From NCBI RefSeq assembly GCF_044704955.1, contig NC_091995.1:19840001-19904000 (forward strand): a DNA stretch of 64,000 nt, in the 5' to 3' direction. This document shows, in pieces, positions 12,894 to 26,800 of this stretch. This stretch comes from Pristiophorus japonicus (lineage: Eukaryota). The notes under the pieces were generated by a model that was given only the letters and a program-made list of their open reading frames with translations, ran no database searches and had not been told where the DNA came from. Position numbers and translations under genes: made by a program. Within the stretch, counting starts at the first letter, position 1. Each line of letters starts with the position of its first letter.

Positions 12894-13288
12894 CACAGTA
12901 ACCAGGGGAACCTTTCCCTGTGTTTACAATGTAACTAACCCACAGTAACCAGGGGGAACCTTTCCCTGTGTTTACAATGTAACTAACCCACAGTAACCAG
13001 GGGGTATCTTTCCCTGTGTTTACGATGTAACTAACCCACAGTAACCAGGGGGTATCTTTCCCTGTGTTTACAATGTAACTAAACCACAGTAACCAGGGGG
13101 TATCTTTCCCTGTGTTTACAATGTAACTAACCCACAGTAACCAGGGGGAACCTTTCCCTGTGTTTACAATGTAACTAACCCACAGTAACCAGGGAGAAGC
13201 TTTCCCTGTGTTTACGATGTAACTAACCCACAGTAACCAGGGAGAAGCTTTCCCTGTGTTTACGATGTAACTAACCCACAATAACCAG
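12894..13288 (+). repeat. 48-bp minisatellite, about 8 copies
   Basis: Unit cacagtaaccagggggaacctttccctgtgtttacaatgtaactaacc. Confidence 0.95.
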
Positions 13289-14914
13289 ACTAAATCTTCC
13301 CTCCTGCCCTCAGTTATTGAGATTCTGGTCCCATTCATGTCCATCAACACAGAATTAATTTTGGAGGCAATTTCTCAGAAACCATGAGTAAATAATACAC
13401 ACCGTGGACAACAGTAGAGCTGGAGCAATTGGATTTGTTATTGAGGCTGAAAATCTCTCGCCTCAGTTACAAAGCCAATTGTTCCAACTCTCTTGAGTGT
13501 TGTAGCTCCTTGACATTGATGTTAATTTACGACAATAGAAGGATTTAGAAGCTCGCTCGATTGTTGCTGGTCTTCATCCAGTTTCAGCCCCAACTTCTCC
13601 ATTAATATCTGGGAAGGGGAGGGAGGGGTGGCCATTGCCCTGTCGTCATATCATAAATGGCCCACAGAAGATTCATGTTAGCCTGTATTTCGATCATAAT
13701 TATAATAATCTTCAATGCAAAATGTATTTAGGATTTAACTGGGATCAGAGGAAATCATGAAGGGGTTTATGATATTGCCACACTTAGACAATCCCCCTCT
13801 CCGCCCCATTATTAGTATATTGTTGCCCTGGTCACCTGACAATAACTTGCGTGTTTCGACCAGACAGAAGCAGGCTCGAGATCCCACGGCTGGGCTGATA
13901 TGTGTATTGTCCTTCTCCACAAGGCTTCTGTGCCAAGTCTTCCAGCAGTTAAGGACCGACTGTTCAGTGGAATTTTATTAATGGACCTGACATCAAAGGT
14001 GCCCCAGCTGGAGGAAGGACCATCCAATGGAAATGTTAACGTGCGGAGAGAATCCATTGTTAATGGTGTGTTGGTCTTCAGATTTGAGGAGGTGTTATTT
14101 AAACCCCTTGTGCTATATCCAGCTGTTGATGGGGGGGGAGCAAAATTAGAACACAGGCGGGGGCACAAAACGGGCGATATCGCATCGGACACCCGTTATA
14201 CACCCGTCCCAATATTCAGTTCAGTTGACATGAATAGCACACAATTTTGGGCGTGTGGTATAACGGGCACCAAATGCAATTCCACCTGTTTTGTGTGCCC
14301 CCCACCTAAGTCCAATTCCACCCCTACGGTCTATTGAACAAAGGGTCAGAGCTACTGCCGTCACAGTTCCGTTGCTCCTCTCTGCTTTCTTGGTCTGCAC
14401 AGACCCGTTGTCTTATTCCGGATGGCAACTCAACCCATTATCACCCGATTCATTTTTATTTCAGAATGTTATGACCGTCTTATCTGTATTGTGCCAAAAG
14501 AGTCTTATTTGCTTCTTGAGTCCTGCCGTGTCAGATTGTACAAACCGCTACTTTAGAGCGTCGCAGTGGATTGGACGACCCGTATTGTTCTGTTATGTTG
14601 GAAAGTGAATGGTGATCATTTCTACCTTGTACATTGCACAAACCCATTAGGATTTGATATCTCAAGATGCATGGATGGTTTTAACACCCCGCTCACTGTA
14701 ATTGGTAAGGACGTATTTATAATAAAATGTGTCTGTATATTCTGTTACACTACCTTGTAGTTTCTGCTGTAGTGATGTACTGATTAATAGCACACTGCTC
14801 GGCACGAGGGTCTGAATCGGGGGTAAATAAAACGGGGCAGGATATTCTCTGTCCACAATGTGTTAGCGACATTATAAACATAAGCGGAAAGATTTTCGAC
14901 TCAAGTTGGAAAAT

Positions 14915-15330
14915 GAGTGGTAGCCTCGCAGTCAGAAGGTCGTGGGTTCAAGTCTCACACCAGGGACTTGAGCCCAAAATCTAGGCTGGCACTCCAGTGC
15001 AGTACTGAGGGAGTGCTGCACTGTCGGAGGTGTCGTGTTTCGGGATGAGATTTAAACTGAGGCCCTGTTTACCTTCTCAGGTGGTCATAAAAGATCCCAT
15101 GGCACGATTTCTCTGACGAGTAGGGGACTTCTCCCCGGTGTCCTGGTCTATATTTACCCCTCAAACCAACACCTAAAAAGAGATTATCTGGTCATTTATC
15201 TCTTGCTGTGCACAAATCGACCACCGCGTTTCCTACAATACAACAGTGACGACACTTCAAAAGTAATTCATTGGCTGTAAAGTGAATTGGGAAATCCTGA
15301 GTTTGTGAAAGGCGCTATAGAAATGCAATT
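14915..15330 (+). mobile_element. tRNA-derived Deu-domain SINE (SacSINE1-like)
   Basis: B-box gggttcaagtc; Deu-like core cagtactgagggagtgctgcactgtcggaggtg...aaagatcccatggcac; L2-like tail tgaaaggcgctatagaaatgcaa. Confidence 0.75.
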
Positions 15331-15944
15331 CATTCTGTTTTTATCTATTTCTTTCATTATTTCTTTGTTTTTCTCTCCCTTTCTCTCTCTCTAAGAGCAA
15401 CAATGAACCCAACACCCTTTCCCTGGACCATCCTTGTCTTGTGTTCCCAGTGGGGTCCCGCCAGCTGACCACATAAAGTTCATCCCAACATTCCGGTACT
15501 TATCCCAGAAACTCTTTGTGTGGGGCTGGCTCCTGGCTGGGCTTCCCACACTGATACATGGAAATATCAGGCGGTTTCACATCACGAATACGGTTTGGTT
15601 TTTGAGCCAAGTTTCGGAGCTGTGAAGACAAATCGCCCCAGCGCCACAAATTCAACCGGTTAAATTTTAATGAACTCAATTTTACCGATTTCTACTGGGT
15701 GTTAGCCTGAAGGGATATTGCTGCATGTTGGTCCAAAATGTGTGTCCATCATTATTGGAAACAATTTTGCTTTCATTCAACAGAAGAAACACCGATATAT
15801 GTCCAAGTGGAGATGGGGTGGGACTTGGTGGGGAACTTGGGGGTGGTGATGTTCCCATGCACCTGCTGCTCTTGTCCTTCTCGGTGGTGGGGGTCGGGGG
15901 TCAGGGAGGTTCTGTTGTAGAAGGCTTGGTGAGTTGCTGCCTGT

Positions 15945-16370
15945 GGTGGGGGGAGTGGGTGTTTAAGGTGGGGGAGGGAGTGGGTGTTTAAGGTGGGGGA
16001 GGGAGTGGGTGTTTAAGGTGGGGGAGGGAGTGGGTGTTTAAGGTGGGGGAGGGAGTGGGTGTTTAAGGTGGGGGAGGGAGTGGGTGTTTAAGGTGGGGGA
16101 GGGAGTGGGTGTTTAAGGTGGGGGAGGGAGTGGGTATTTAAGGTGGGTGAGGGAGTGGGTGTTTAAGGTGGGGGAGGGAGTGGGTGTTTAAGGTGGGGGA
16201 GGGAGTGGGTGTTTAAGGTGGGGGAGGGAGTGGGTGTTTAAGGTGGGGGAGGGAGTGGGTGTTTAAGGTGGGGGAGGGAGTGGGTGTTTAAGGTGGGGGA
16301 GGGAGTGGGTGTTTAAGGTGGGGGAGGGAGTGGGTGTTTAAGGTGGGGGAGGGAGTGGGTGATTAAGGTG
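15945..16370 (+). repeat. 25-bp G-rich minisatellite, about 17 copies, inside a LINE fragment
   Basis: Unit gtttaaggtgggggagggagtgggt; flanks match the LINE at 4720-4935. Confidence 0.95.
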
Positions 16371-17139
16371 TTGAATGGGCTGCTGATCAAGCTGACTGCT
16401 TTGTCTTCTATGGTGTTTGGATATTTATATATGTGTAAATTATATTTAAAATTCCTGTTCAAATAAACTCACTTTTCAAATGCACCCATTGTCATTTGAG
16501 AACATATTCTTCCTGTGACCATAAACGCTGTTGCCTCCAATTACAAGGGATAGAACTGGTGGTACTGTTGGTCTCGAGGAAACAATTATTTAGTTCACCT
16601 AAGTGTATGAAATTTTGCTTTTCATTGTGTGATTGACACTTAGAACTCACAGAAATTGAAACCTCGTGTTCAGAGACTTACGATATCTTTGGGAATGTTA
16701 AAGGACCCCCACTTTTGACCTATCATTGGATATCAGGACACCTTCATTGCGTATTACAGTAAATGGGACATTTTCACCAGTAGGTATTTTCTCAAAACAT
16801 GACCACCAATGTTGAAACAATGTAAAGGTGTGTGTGAACTTCCATGGTTGGAGATTGGGAAGCTGTGCAATACCAGGTCAATATCTTGGCAGAACCACAC
16901 TGCCGGCTGGTGACCAAATGAGTCCCTTCAGCACCTGGTTATATCTGTGGAGACGACCAAAGACACCAATAGTCAACACGGCACGCTGTCTGTTATCTGC
17001 TGGCAGCCTCTCACTTTACCGGGCTGACACACCCCTTAACCCATGCTTTTCTGTTTCTGTCCATGCACATCGGGTACAATCTACAAGAACAATCTGATCA
17101 ACAAATGTAACAAGATCAGGCGAGGATAAAAGTGCATCG

Positions 17140-17735
17140 GGACATAGGAACAGGAAGAGGACATACAGTCTCTCGAGCCTGTTCCATCATTCACTTTGAC
17201 CATGGCTGATCTGTATCGTAACTCCATTTATCTGGTTTGGTTCCATATCCCTTCAGACCCTCACCTAACAAACATCTGTCAAAGTCAGTTATGAAATTTT
17301 CAATTAACAACCAGAATCAACAGCTTTTTGGGGAAGAGAGTTCCATATTTCCACTACCCTCTGTGTGAAGTGTGCTTCCTGACATCACCCCTGAACAGCC
17401 TGGCTCTAATTTTAATGTTATGTCCCTTGTTCTGGAATCCCCCACCAGAGGAAATAATTTCACTCTTATCGACTGTATCAAACACTTTAATCATCTTAAA
17501 CATCTCAATGATATCAGCCCTTAATCTTCTATACTCAGCGGAATACAAGCCAAGTCGATGCAACCTGTTCCCATTATTTAACCCTTTTAGCCCAAGTATC
17601 ATTCTGGTCAATCTGTGCTGCACCCTCTCCAAGGCCAACATATCCTTCCTGAGATGTGGGGCCCAGAACTGAGCGCAGTGCTCCAGATGTGGTCTGACCA
17701 GAGCCTTATACAACTGGACCATTACTTCACCTTTT
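17140..17735 (-). mobile_element. CR1 LINE 3' fragment
   Basis: [32 protein letters not shown]. Confidence 0.85.
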
Positions 17736-18796
17736 AAGGCAAGTAACAGAAATAAATAAAGTACATTGCCCAAGAATTTCCGCTTTGAACGCAATCAGCA
17801 ATCCGGGCCCAAATTGCGTCTGTTTTGAGAAGTTTTATTTCTCGAGTTCCCGCTCAAACTCATTTGCATATATTGGAACAAACCAGCGCAACAGACGGAA
17901 AGTCCAGGCCCCAAAATGGACAAAGGACGTAGAAAACTAAAGCAGCGAGAGCCCTGAGGCAAAGGGGAGAAAATGGCAGAGATGGGAAACAGGAAACATC
18001 CGGACAGAAAGGGTGAATTTAAAACACACTTTTAAACTAAAACACAAGTTGGTAAAGTACAGCGGACCAGAGAAGGGACAGAACAGGTGAAGAGGGAGGG
18101 CACAGCCTACCTCCCCCAGCACTGTGGTCTGACCAAGGATTCCCCCACCCCAAACACCAACCTGTCTCCCCCTTCCCTGGGCACCGACAGAACCCGCTCC
18201 CCGCCCCTCCCCGAATATCTCTGGAGATATCTGGTCCCTGATCGATTTATACAGCTCTCTGACGGGCATTTTCCGTACTTTGCCCGTGGATCCCAAATAC
18301 CAGTTTTGCTCTATTTATTTCCCCACCCAAGATCAAGGCCCAATTATTGGGAGACAGTAAATGAAAGTGCAGTTAAATGAAAGGTGTTGCACACAGTGAT
18401 GAGTTGTGTGCCCAGCGTCATTCTGTCCAAAGTAAACAAACAAAGTGAGTGCGCTGGGTTGTTAGTGAACCGTTAACCTTTTTCTCTCCACTTTCCATAT
18501 TTGTATCTCAGCACTTTGTGAGCAGGAAGGAGTTGCCTATAGGCAGGAAGAACAAGAAATGTACCACAAATAACAGCATTCCTCACCACCTCACACACTT
18601 CACCTTTTTTGTATTGGTTCACACCTTGAGCACAACATATTCCCAAGTGTACAGAGTCTGAGTGAGTATACAGAGAAAAACATAGAAGTTACAACATGGA
18701 CACAGGCCATTTGACCAAACCGTCCATGTCAGCATTTACCCTCCACCAAAACCAGTAATTCTATTCACATTTAACCATCCTGTTCCCATATCGCAC

Positions 18797-19230
18797 TCGG
18801 TAACGATCGGAGGGTCGAGGGATCGAGGGGGAGGAGGGGTGTCGGTAACGATCGGAGGGTCGAGGGATCGAGGGGGAGGAGGGGTGTCGGTAACGATCGG
18901 AGGGTCGGGGGATCGAGGGGTGGGGTGTCGGTAACGATCGGAGGGATGGAGGATCGAGGGGGAGGAGGGGTGTCGGTAACGATCGGAGGGATGGAGGATC
19001 GAGGGGGAGGAGGGGTGTCGGTAACGATCGGAGGGATGGAGGATCGAGGGGGAGGAGGGGTGTCGGTAACGATCGGAGGGTCGGGGGATCGAGGGGGAGG
19101 AGGGGTGTCGGTAACAATCGGAGGGTCGGGGGATCGAGGGGGAGGAGGGGTGTCGGTAACGATCGGAGGGTCGGGGGATCGAGGGGGAGGAGGGGTGTCG
19201 GTAACGATCGGAGGGTCGGGGGATCGAGGG
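18797..19230 (+). repeat. 45-bp G-rich minisatellite, about 9-10 copies
   Basis: Unit tcggtaacgatcggagggtcg(a/g)gggatcgagggggaggaggggtg, followed by degenerate gatcgg-rich sequence to ~19800. Confidence 0.95.
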
Positions 19231-20267
19231 GCTGGAGTCAGGACCGATTTGGGCCAGAGGAGCAGATCGTGGGTCAGAGCAGCGGTTGGGACGATTGGAT
19301 GGCTGGAGAAGCGAGGGCCGGGGGGGCGGGGGGGGGTACTGTGTGCTGTGTAGGGTCGGGAACGATCGGGGGGGGTTAGAGGGGCGGTGGGGGCGGGGCT
19401 GGAGTGAGGAACAATCGGAGGGCCAGTGTAGATGATCGGACGACGGAGGGGTGGGGGTGCAGTGAACGATCAGGGTGTGGAGCAGGGTCTTGGGAGCTGG
19501 AAGTGGGTGTGTGGGGCGGGGGGGGGGGGGGGCGGGGAGAGGTCTGGAATGACCAGGGAGCAGAGGAGAAGCAGGGGTCTGGAGCAGCAGATCGGGGGCA
19601 GGAGGAGCGGATTGGTGGCAGGAGGGAGTGTTGGGGGGGTAGGATTTGGAATATCCGGGAGGAGCAGGAGTGGGAGATGGGGGCACTGGGGGCGGGGTGG
19701 GTGGAGGAGGCAGACGACATCGGAGGACGGGAGGAACATGGGGAGGGGGATCGGAGGCCTCGGGGCTTGTCCGATCGTGGGGAGGGGGTGAGGCAGGGAC
19801 ACTGGATCCAGGAGGTAAGTGTAAAGGTGCTTATCTCCTGGATCCAGCAGTACTCACCTTCCATTAGCTGGCGGCTTTCACCAGGCCTGAAAAACCCAAC
19901 CAGCTGCAGTTACATTTAAAATGGAGGTTAAATCTGAGGCACGCCAGCCTCATTATAATATTTAAATGTTGACCCGCCTCCTGGGAGCGGATTGGCTGCC
20001 CGGCCCCGCCCCGCCTCCGTTAATACCGGAAGTGGGCGGGTTGGAGGCGGGTTCTGGTCAGGATTCAGATTTTAACACTTTAACTTCCCACCCGACCACA
20101 ACCCACCCGTTTTTGGGTTAAAATTCCCCCCATTGTCACTCGGTTGTACCCGCCCTGACCTCAGGTGACATTGGGACCATCCGCACCACCTGTGACTGAG
20201 ACCGATGACCATCAGTTTGCAGCTGGCAGGAGGCAGGTAGGTGGTGTGAAATTATGGGATGGACAGG

Positions 20268-20818
20268 TTAGTGACCTTTGACCCAGCAGATTGTCAGCGG
20301 GGCGGAGTTTTTCCCGCCGTCACTCAGTCCCGGACAGAAGAAGGGAAAGAGTGTCTCAGTGAAAGTGTGGGTGAAGGTGTGGAGATGGGACATGTTGTCT
20401 GCATTGTAAAATGTCACCTGTCCCCCCTCATAGTCCAGGAACACCCCGATCTTCCGGGGATCCCCACTCGGGGTGAGGGGGGTCGGTGAGGGGGAGGTGA
20501 GGGCAACATAGCCAATTCCGGGAGCCAGCCGCACAATCCAGTATCCGGCCTCAGGTCGCAGGCTGATTCTCCCTTTCCTGTTGACAGACTCTCGGGCCAC
20601 TCCCACACCCCACCGTGTCTTGTTCCCCACCTCCACTTCCCAGTCGTGTCTCCCTGATGTGAATCCCTCCGATCCCAGGACACAGACCCAGTGATCAAAC
20701 CTCTCCGGGGTGTCAGGGAGCTCCTGCCATTTGTCTCCGAGTCTCACACTGGTCCGGTCCTCAGATACGATGAGCTGGGGATGGGCTGTGTTCGGATCCA
20801 GAGTCAGAGAGGCTGGAG
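20268..20818 (-). CDS. TRIM-A exon 6 (PRY-SPRY/B30.2)
   Basis: ccccag|[20 protein letters not shown]...LPDTPERFD...[19 protein letters not shown]...[17 protein letters not shown]...FPFFCPG; stop at 20268-20270. Confidence 0.95.
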
Positions 20819-23800
20819 CTGGGGGAAAGTTACAATAACACAGTGAGCGGTTTAGTTTGTTGCTGTGATTTATTCAAACACTTTCCCTTTTTAAAGTGGC
20901 CATTCGGGGTATTCCCGGGAACTGCGGTGTGTTTAAAGGGCTCCAGGTTCTGTTATTGGAATCTGCTCTGACCCGGGGGTTTACACTCCTGGGGTCACTC
21001 TGACCTCTGCTGACCACTGCGATCTGACCAGGAACTCTGCGGCCCCCGGTCCCCTACTGTTCTCAGCGGCTGCAGAGTGACCCAGGGACCTTCAGAAACA
21101 CACAGGGAATCGGCACCAGAGGCTACGGCGGGGCTTCCGAACGGAAGAGGGGGAAAGGTACAGGCACCGGAAGGGAAGAGAGAAGGGAAGGGGAAAAGGA
21201 GAAAAGAAGCAAAAGTGGGGGAACTGCTGCAGAGGGGAAGAGAGAACCCAGAGGAGGAGGGAAATTATATTAAAAAAACAGCATCATTATATCCATAAAT
21301 CACAATAGTCTCCAACACACAATCCGGCAAAACTAAACTGATGGACATAAAAGGACAGGTGGAAGCGGCATTTCTGCAGGAGACCCTCCTCATCGCCCTC
21401 AGAACACACCACGTTTATGAGTGAGTGGGTGGGACAAATGCTGGCCGCCTTCTCCTCAGCCAAGAGCAGAGGACAGTCACACTAATCACCAGCAACCTCC
21501 CCATTACTCTGGAGATACACATTCCTGGAGAAGGAGGCCGCTCCATCCTAATGAAATTTGATGAACAGGAGAAGCCAAAGTGATGCTTCAGTTCAGTGTC
21601 CCGAATGAGGAGTCCCCACATCAGCATTCCTCACACTCGCCCCACCTATGGACAGCACAGGAACCAGGAGTGGAGACCCAAACTGTGCTCTTCACTCCAA
21701 ATAGGACAAGCTCCCAGCGGACACAGGACACGAGGACCAGCAGCCGGAGCAATCCGAGATCAGTGTGGTGTCCTGGGCCTAGAGGATGTACGGTGGGCCC
21801 ACACCCCAAAGAGAAGGAATTCACCTTCTACTTGAACCCACACAAGACACACTCCAGGATCGGCTACTCCTCCCTGAAGCATCCCGTCTATCCCGCCTAA
21901 CCTGTTGTGATAGGAGGTAAACAGGACTTGCACCAATTATCCTCCATTCAGTCCTCGAAGCCTCAAACCTTCCCTCCTACATGACTCAGAGTTCCTGCCT
22001 ACCTCTGGGCAAAGCTCATCTCCTCACATATACCCTCAGGTGGAAAATGCAGGATTGAACTATTGCACACGGTCACTCTGTGTCCTAATCTCAGACGGTG
22101 AGCTCTAACTTGGAAAATCCACACCAACTGACACCCACCCTACCAAGATTAACATCCCATAATCCCGGAGCTTTCTCCCCTCCGACTGAACCTCCCACAC
22201 CCTGTACTGGAGACACAGAACCAGATACTCTGAAATTCATCACAATCATGTCAATACATAAGAAAAGTAAGGTTATCCCCACATGGTCACCATACACACT
22301 CCTTAATGCTGCCTATAAAATATTGGCCAAGGTCCTGACCTCCAGACTAGACACGGACATCAGTGATCATTTAATCTGGGGTCTGGGAGCCTGTTTAGGC
22401 TCCTCTCATCTGGGTTTATAAATCAGGGAAAGGAATATAAGAGTTTTACCGGGGTTAATGGTGTCTATCATTTCTCTCCACGCTGTGTACTGTAAAGGGC
22501 CGTTGAACTTTCCGATCGACAGCTTGTCATCTGCTAATGATAGTTTATAATAATCCTCACCAGTCCTGTAAATATTAAACAGCTGATGTTATAAATTGAC
22601 CATAAATACTTTGCTGAGTTATTTTACTAAATTGTGCAGAGTTTCAGTAAACAGTTTGTCCTACCTCCTCTTCTGACACGTTTCCTCCTGAAATCAATAA
22701 AACACAAATCTGAGTTGACGGAGACTGACCGTCTATACCCGGACAGCAGAAATTACACCCACATTGTTACAAGATGCTGATAATTCCCAATTCTCACTGC
22801 CGAGACCACAGAGATAGAAGGACAATATATTTGAAAACTGGACAGCAGAAATTTCACCAAAAACTATGAAAATCATCTGATCAAAAGAGGATTCAGTTGG
22901 GAAATGTGATTTGTGTTGTCAGGTTGTGGAGGTCGGGAGGTGAGTCACTGAGTCGGGAGTCCGTGAGTTCGGCGAGAGGTCTATAAAGGCCGCCAGGTCG
23001 GGAGGTGCGTCGCTGAGTCGGGAGTCCGTGAGTTCGGCGAGAGGCCTATAAAGGCGGAGCTTGTGCAGCTACAGGGAGAAGGCAACAAAGAAGTGGAAAG
23101 AAATAGAAAGGGGACGTCACAGCCAAGGGGGTAAGTGATTGGCTGGTGATTGGTAAGTAGTTTTTCTTTTTTCTCTTCGATATCAGTGAGTAACTTTTCA
23201 CACTGTTGTTGCCAATTTAAGTGTATCTCAGGGTTAAGTCATGGCAGGAGAGCTCGGACACGTGTTATGCTCCTCCTGTACTATGTGGGAAATCAGGGAC
23301 GCCTCTGGTGTCCCTGACGACTACGTGTGCAGGAAGTGTATCCACCTCCAGCTCCTGACGAACCGCATTGTGGAACTGGAGCTGCGGGTGGATTCACTCT
23401 GGAGCATGCATGATGCTGAGAATGACGTGAATAGCACGTTTAGTGAGTTGGTCTTACCGCAGGTAAAGGGTACACAGCCAGATAGGGAATGGAAGACAAG
23501 CAGGAAGAGCAGTGCAAGGAAGGTAGTGCAGGGGTCCCCTGTGGTCATCCCCCTGCAAAACAGATACACCGCTTTGAGTACTGTTGAGGGGCATGACTCA
23601 TTACGGGGGAGCAGCAGCAGCCAAGTTCATGGCACCGTGGCTGGCTCTGCTGCACAGGAGGGCAGGAAAAAGAGTGGGTGAGCGATAGTGATAGGGGATT
23701 CAATTGTCAGGGGAAGAGATAGGCGTTTCTGCAGCCGCAACCGAGACTCCAGGATAGTCTGTTGCCTCCCTGGTGCAAGGGTCAAGGATGTCTCGGAGCG

Positions 23801-26800
23801 GGTGCAGGACATTCTCAAAAAGGCAGGGTGAACAGCCAGTTGTCGTGGTGCATATAGGTACCAATGACATAGGTAAAAAATGGGATGAGGTCCAACGAGG
23901 TGAATTTAGGGAGCTAGGAGCTAAATTAAAAAGTAGGATCTCAAAAGTAGTAATCTCAGGATTGCTACCAGTGCCACGTGCTAGTCAGATTAGGAATCGC
24001 AGGATAGCTCAGATGAATACGTGTCTTGAGGAGTGGTACAGAAGTGGGGGATTCAAATTCCTGGAACATTGGAACCGGTTCTGGGGGAGGTGGGACCAGT
24101 ACAAACCGGACGGTCTGTACCTGGGCCCAGGACCGGAACCAATATCCTAGGGGGAGTGTTTGCTCGTGCTGTTCAGGAGGAGTTCAACTAATATGGCAGG
24201 GAGATGGGAACCTATGCAGGGAGACAGAGGGAAATAACAAGGAGGCAGAAGCAAAATATAGAAAGGAGAATAGTAAAAGTGGAGGGCAGAGAAACCCAAG
24301 GCAAAAAACAAAAAGGGCCACATTACAGCAAAATTCTAAAGGGGCAAAGTGTGTTAAAAAAACAAGCCTGAAGGCTCTGTGCCTCAATGCGAGGCGTATT
24401 CAGAATAAGGTGGATGAATTAACTGCGCAGATAGCAATTAACGGATACGATGTGATTGGCATCACGGAGACATGGCTCCAGGGGGACCAAGGCTGGGAAC
24501 TCAACATCCAAGGGTATTCAGCATTTAGGAAGGATAGACAGAAAGAATTGCTGGTTAAAGATGAAATCAATGCAATTGTAAGGAAGGACATTAGCCTGGA
24601 TGATGTGGAATCGGTATGGGTGGAACTGCGGAATTCCAAAGGGCAGAAAACGCTAGTGGGTGTTGTGTATAGACCACCAAATAGTAGTAGTGAGGTTGGG
24701 GACAGCATCAAACAAGAAATAAGGGATGTGTGCAATAAAGGTACAGCAGTTATCATGGGCAACTTTAATCTACATATTGATTGGGCTAACCAAACTGGTA
24801 GCAATGCGGTGGAGGAGGATTTCCTGGAGTGTATTGGGAATGGTTTTCTAGACCAATATGTCAAGGAACCAACCAGGGAGCTGGCCATCCTAGACTGGGT
24901 ATTGTGTAATGAGAAGGGACTAATAAGCAATCTTGTTGTGTGAGGCCCCTTGGGGAAAAGTGACCATAATATGGTAGAATTCCTTATTAAGATGGAGAGT
25001 GACAAAGTTAATTTGGAAACTAGGGTCCTGAACTTAAGGAAAGGTAACTTCGACGGTATGAGGCGTGAATTGGCAAGAATAGACTGGCAAACGATACTCA
25101 AAGGGTTAACGGTGGATAAGCAATGGCAAACATTTAAAGATCATATGGATGAACTTCAGCAAATGTACATCCCTGTCTGGAGTAAAAATAAAACTGGGAA
25201 GGTGGCTCAACCATGGCTAACAAAGGAAATTAAGGATAGTGCTAAAGCCAAGGAAGAGGCATATAAATTGGCAAGAAAAAGCAACAAACCTGAGGACTGG
25301 GAGAAATTTATAATTCAACAGAGGAGGACTAAGGGTTTAATTAAGAGGGGGAAAATAGAGTAGGAGAGGAAGCTTGCAGGGAATATAAAAACTGACTGCA
25401 AAAGCTTCTATAAATATGTGAAAAGAAAAAGATTAGTAAAGACAAATGTAGGTTCCTTGCAGTCGGATTCAGGTGAAATTATAATGGGGAATAAAGAAAT
25501 GGCAGACCAATTGAACCAATACTTCGGTTCTGTCTTCACGAAGGAAGATACAAATAACCTTCCGAAGGTACCAGGGGACAGTGGGTCTAGTGAGAAGGAG
25601 GAACTGAAGGATATCCTGATTAGGTGGGAAATTGTGTTAGGGAAATTGATGGGATTGAAGGCCGACAAATCCCCAGGGCCTGATAGTCTGCATCCCAGAG
25701 TGCTCAAGGAAGTGGCCCAAGAAATAGTGGATGCATTGGTGATCATTTTCCAACAGTCTATCGACTCTGGATCAGTTCCCATGGACTGGAGGGTAGTTAA
25801 TGTAACACCACTTTTTAAAAAAGGAGGGAGAGAGAAAACGGGTAATTATAGACTGGTTAGCTTTACATCAGTAGTAGGGAAAATGTTGGAATCGATCATA
25901 AAGGACGAAATAGCAGCGCATTTGGAAAGCGGTGACAGGATCGGACCAAGTCAGCATGGATTTATGAAGGGGAAATCATGCTTGACGAATCTTCTGCAAT
26001 TTTTTGAGTATGTAACTAGCAGAGTGGACAAGGGAGAACCAGTGGATGTGGTGTATTTGGACTTTCAGAAGGCTTTTGACACGGTCCCGCACAAGAGATT
26101 GTTGTGCAAAATCAAAGTACATGCTATTAGGGGTAATATACTGACGTGGATAGGAACTGGGGGGTTGGCAGACAGGAAGTAAAGAGTCGGGATAAATGGG
26201 TCCTTTTCAGAATGGCAGGCAGTGACTCGTGGAGTGCCGCAGGGCTCAGTGCTGGGAACCCAGCTCTTTACAATATACATTAATGATTTGGATGAAGGAA
26301 TAGAGTGCGATATCTCCAAGTTTGCAGATGACACTAAGCTGGGTGGCGGTGTGAGCTGTGAGGAGGACGCTAAGAGGCAGCAGGGTGACTTGGACAGGTT
26401 AGGTGAGTGAGCAAATGCATGGCAGATGCAGTATAATGTGGATAAATGTGAGGTTATCCATTTTGGGGGAAAAAACACGAAGGCAGAATATTATCTGAAT
26501 GGCGGCAGATTAGGAAAAGGGGAGGTGCAACGAGACCTGGGTGTCATGGTTCATCAGTCACTGAAAGTGGGCACGCAGGTACAGCAGGTGGGAGAGAAGG
26601 CAAATGGTATGTTGGCCTTCATAGCTAGGGGATTTGAGTATAGGAACATGGAGGTCTTACTGCAGTTGTACAGGGCCTTAATGACGCCTCACCTGGAATA
26701 TTGTGTTCAGTTTTGGTCTCCTAGTCTGAGGAAGGACGTTCTTGCTATTGAAGGAGTGCAGTGAAGGTTCACCAGACTGATTCCAGGGATGGCTGGGCGG

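Noticed and set aside
12868-13350. 160-aa ORF with a 16-aa repeat
   Set aside because: Product of the 48-bp minisatellite
14915-15000. tRNA gene
   Set aside because: tRNA-like head belongs to a SINE; no full cloverleaf
18736-19919. Pro/Gly-rich ORFs on both strands
   Set aside because: Derived from the 45-bp minisatellite and G-rich low-complexity DNA
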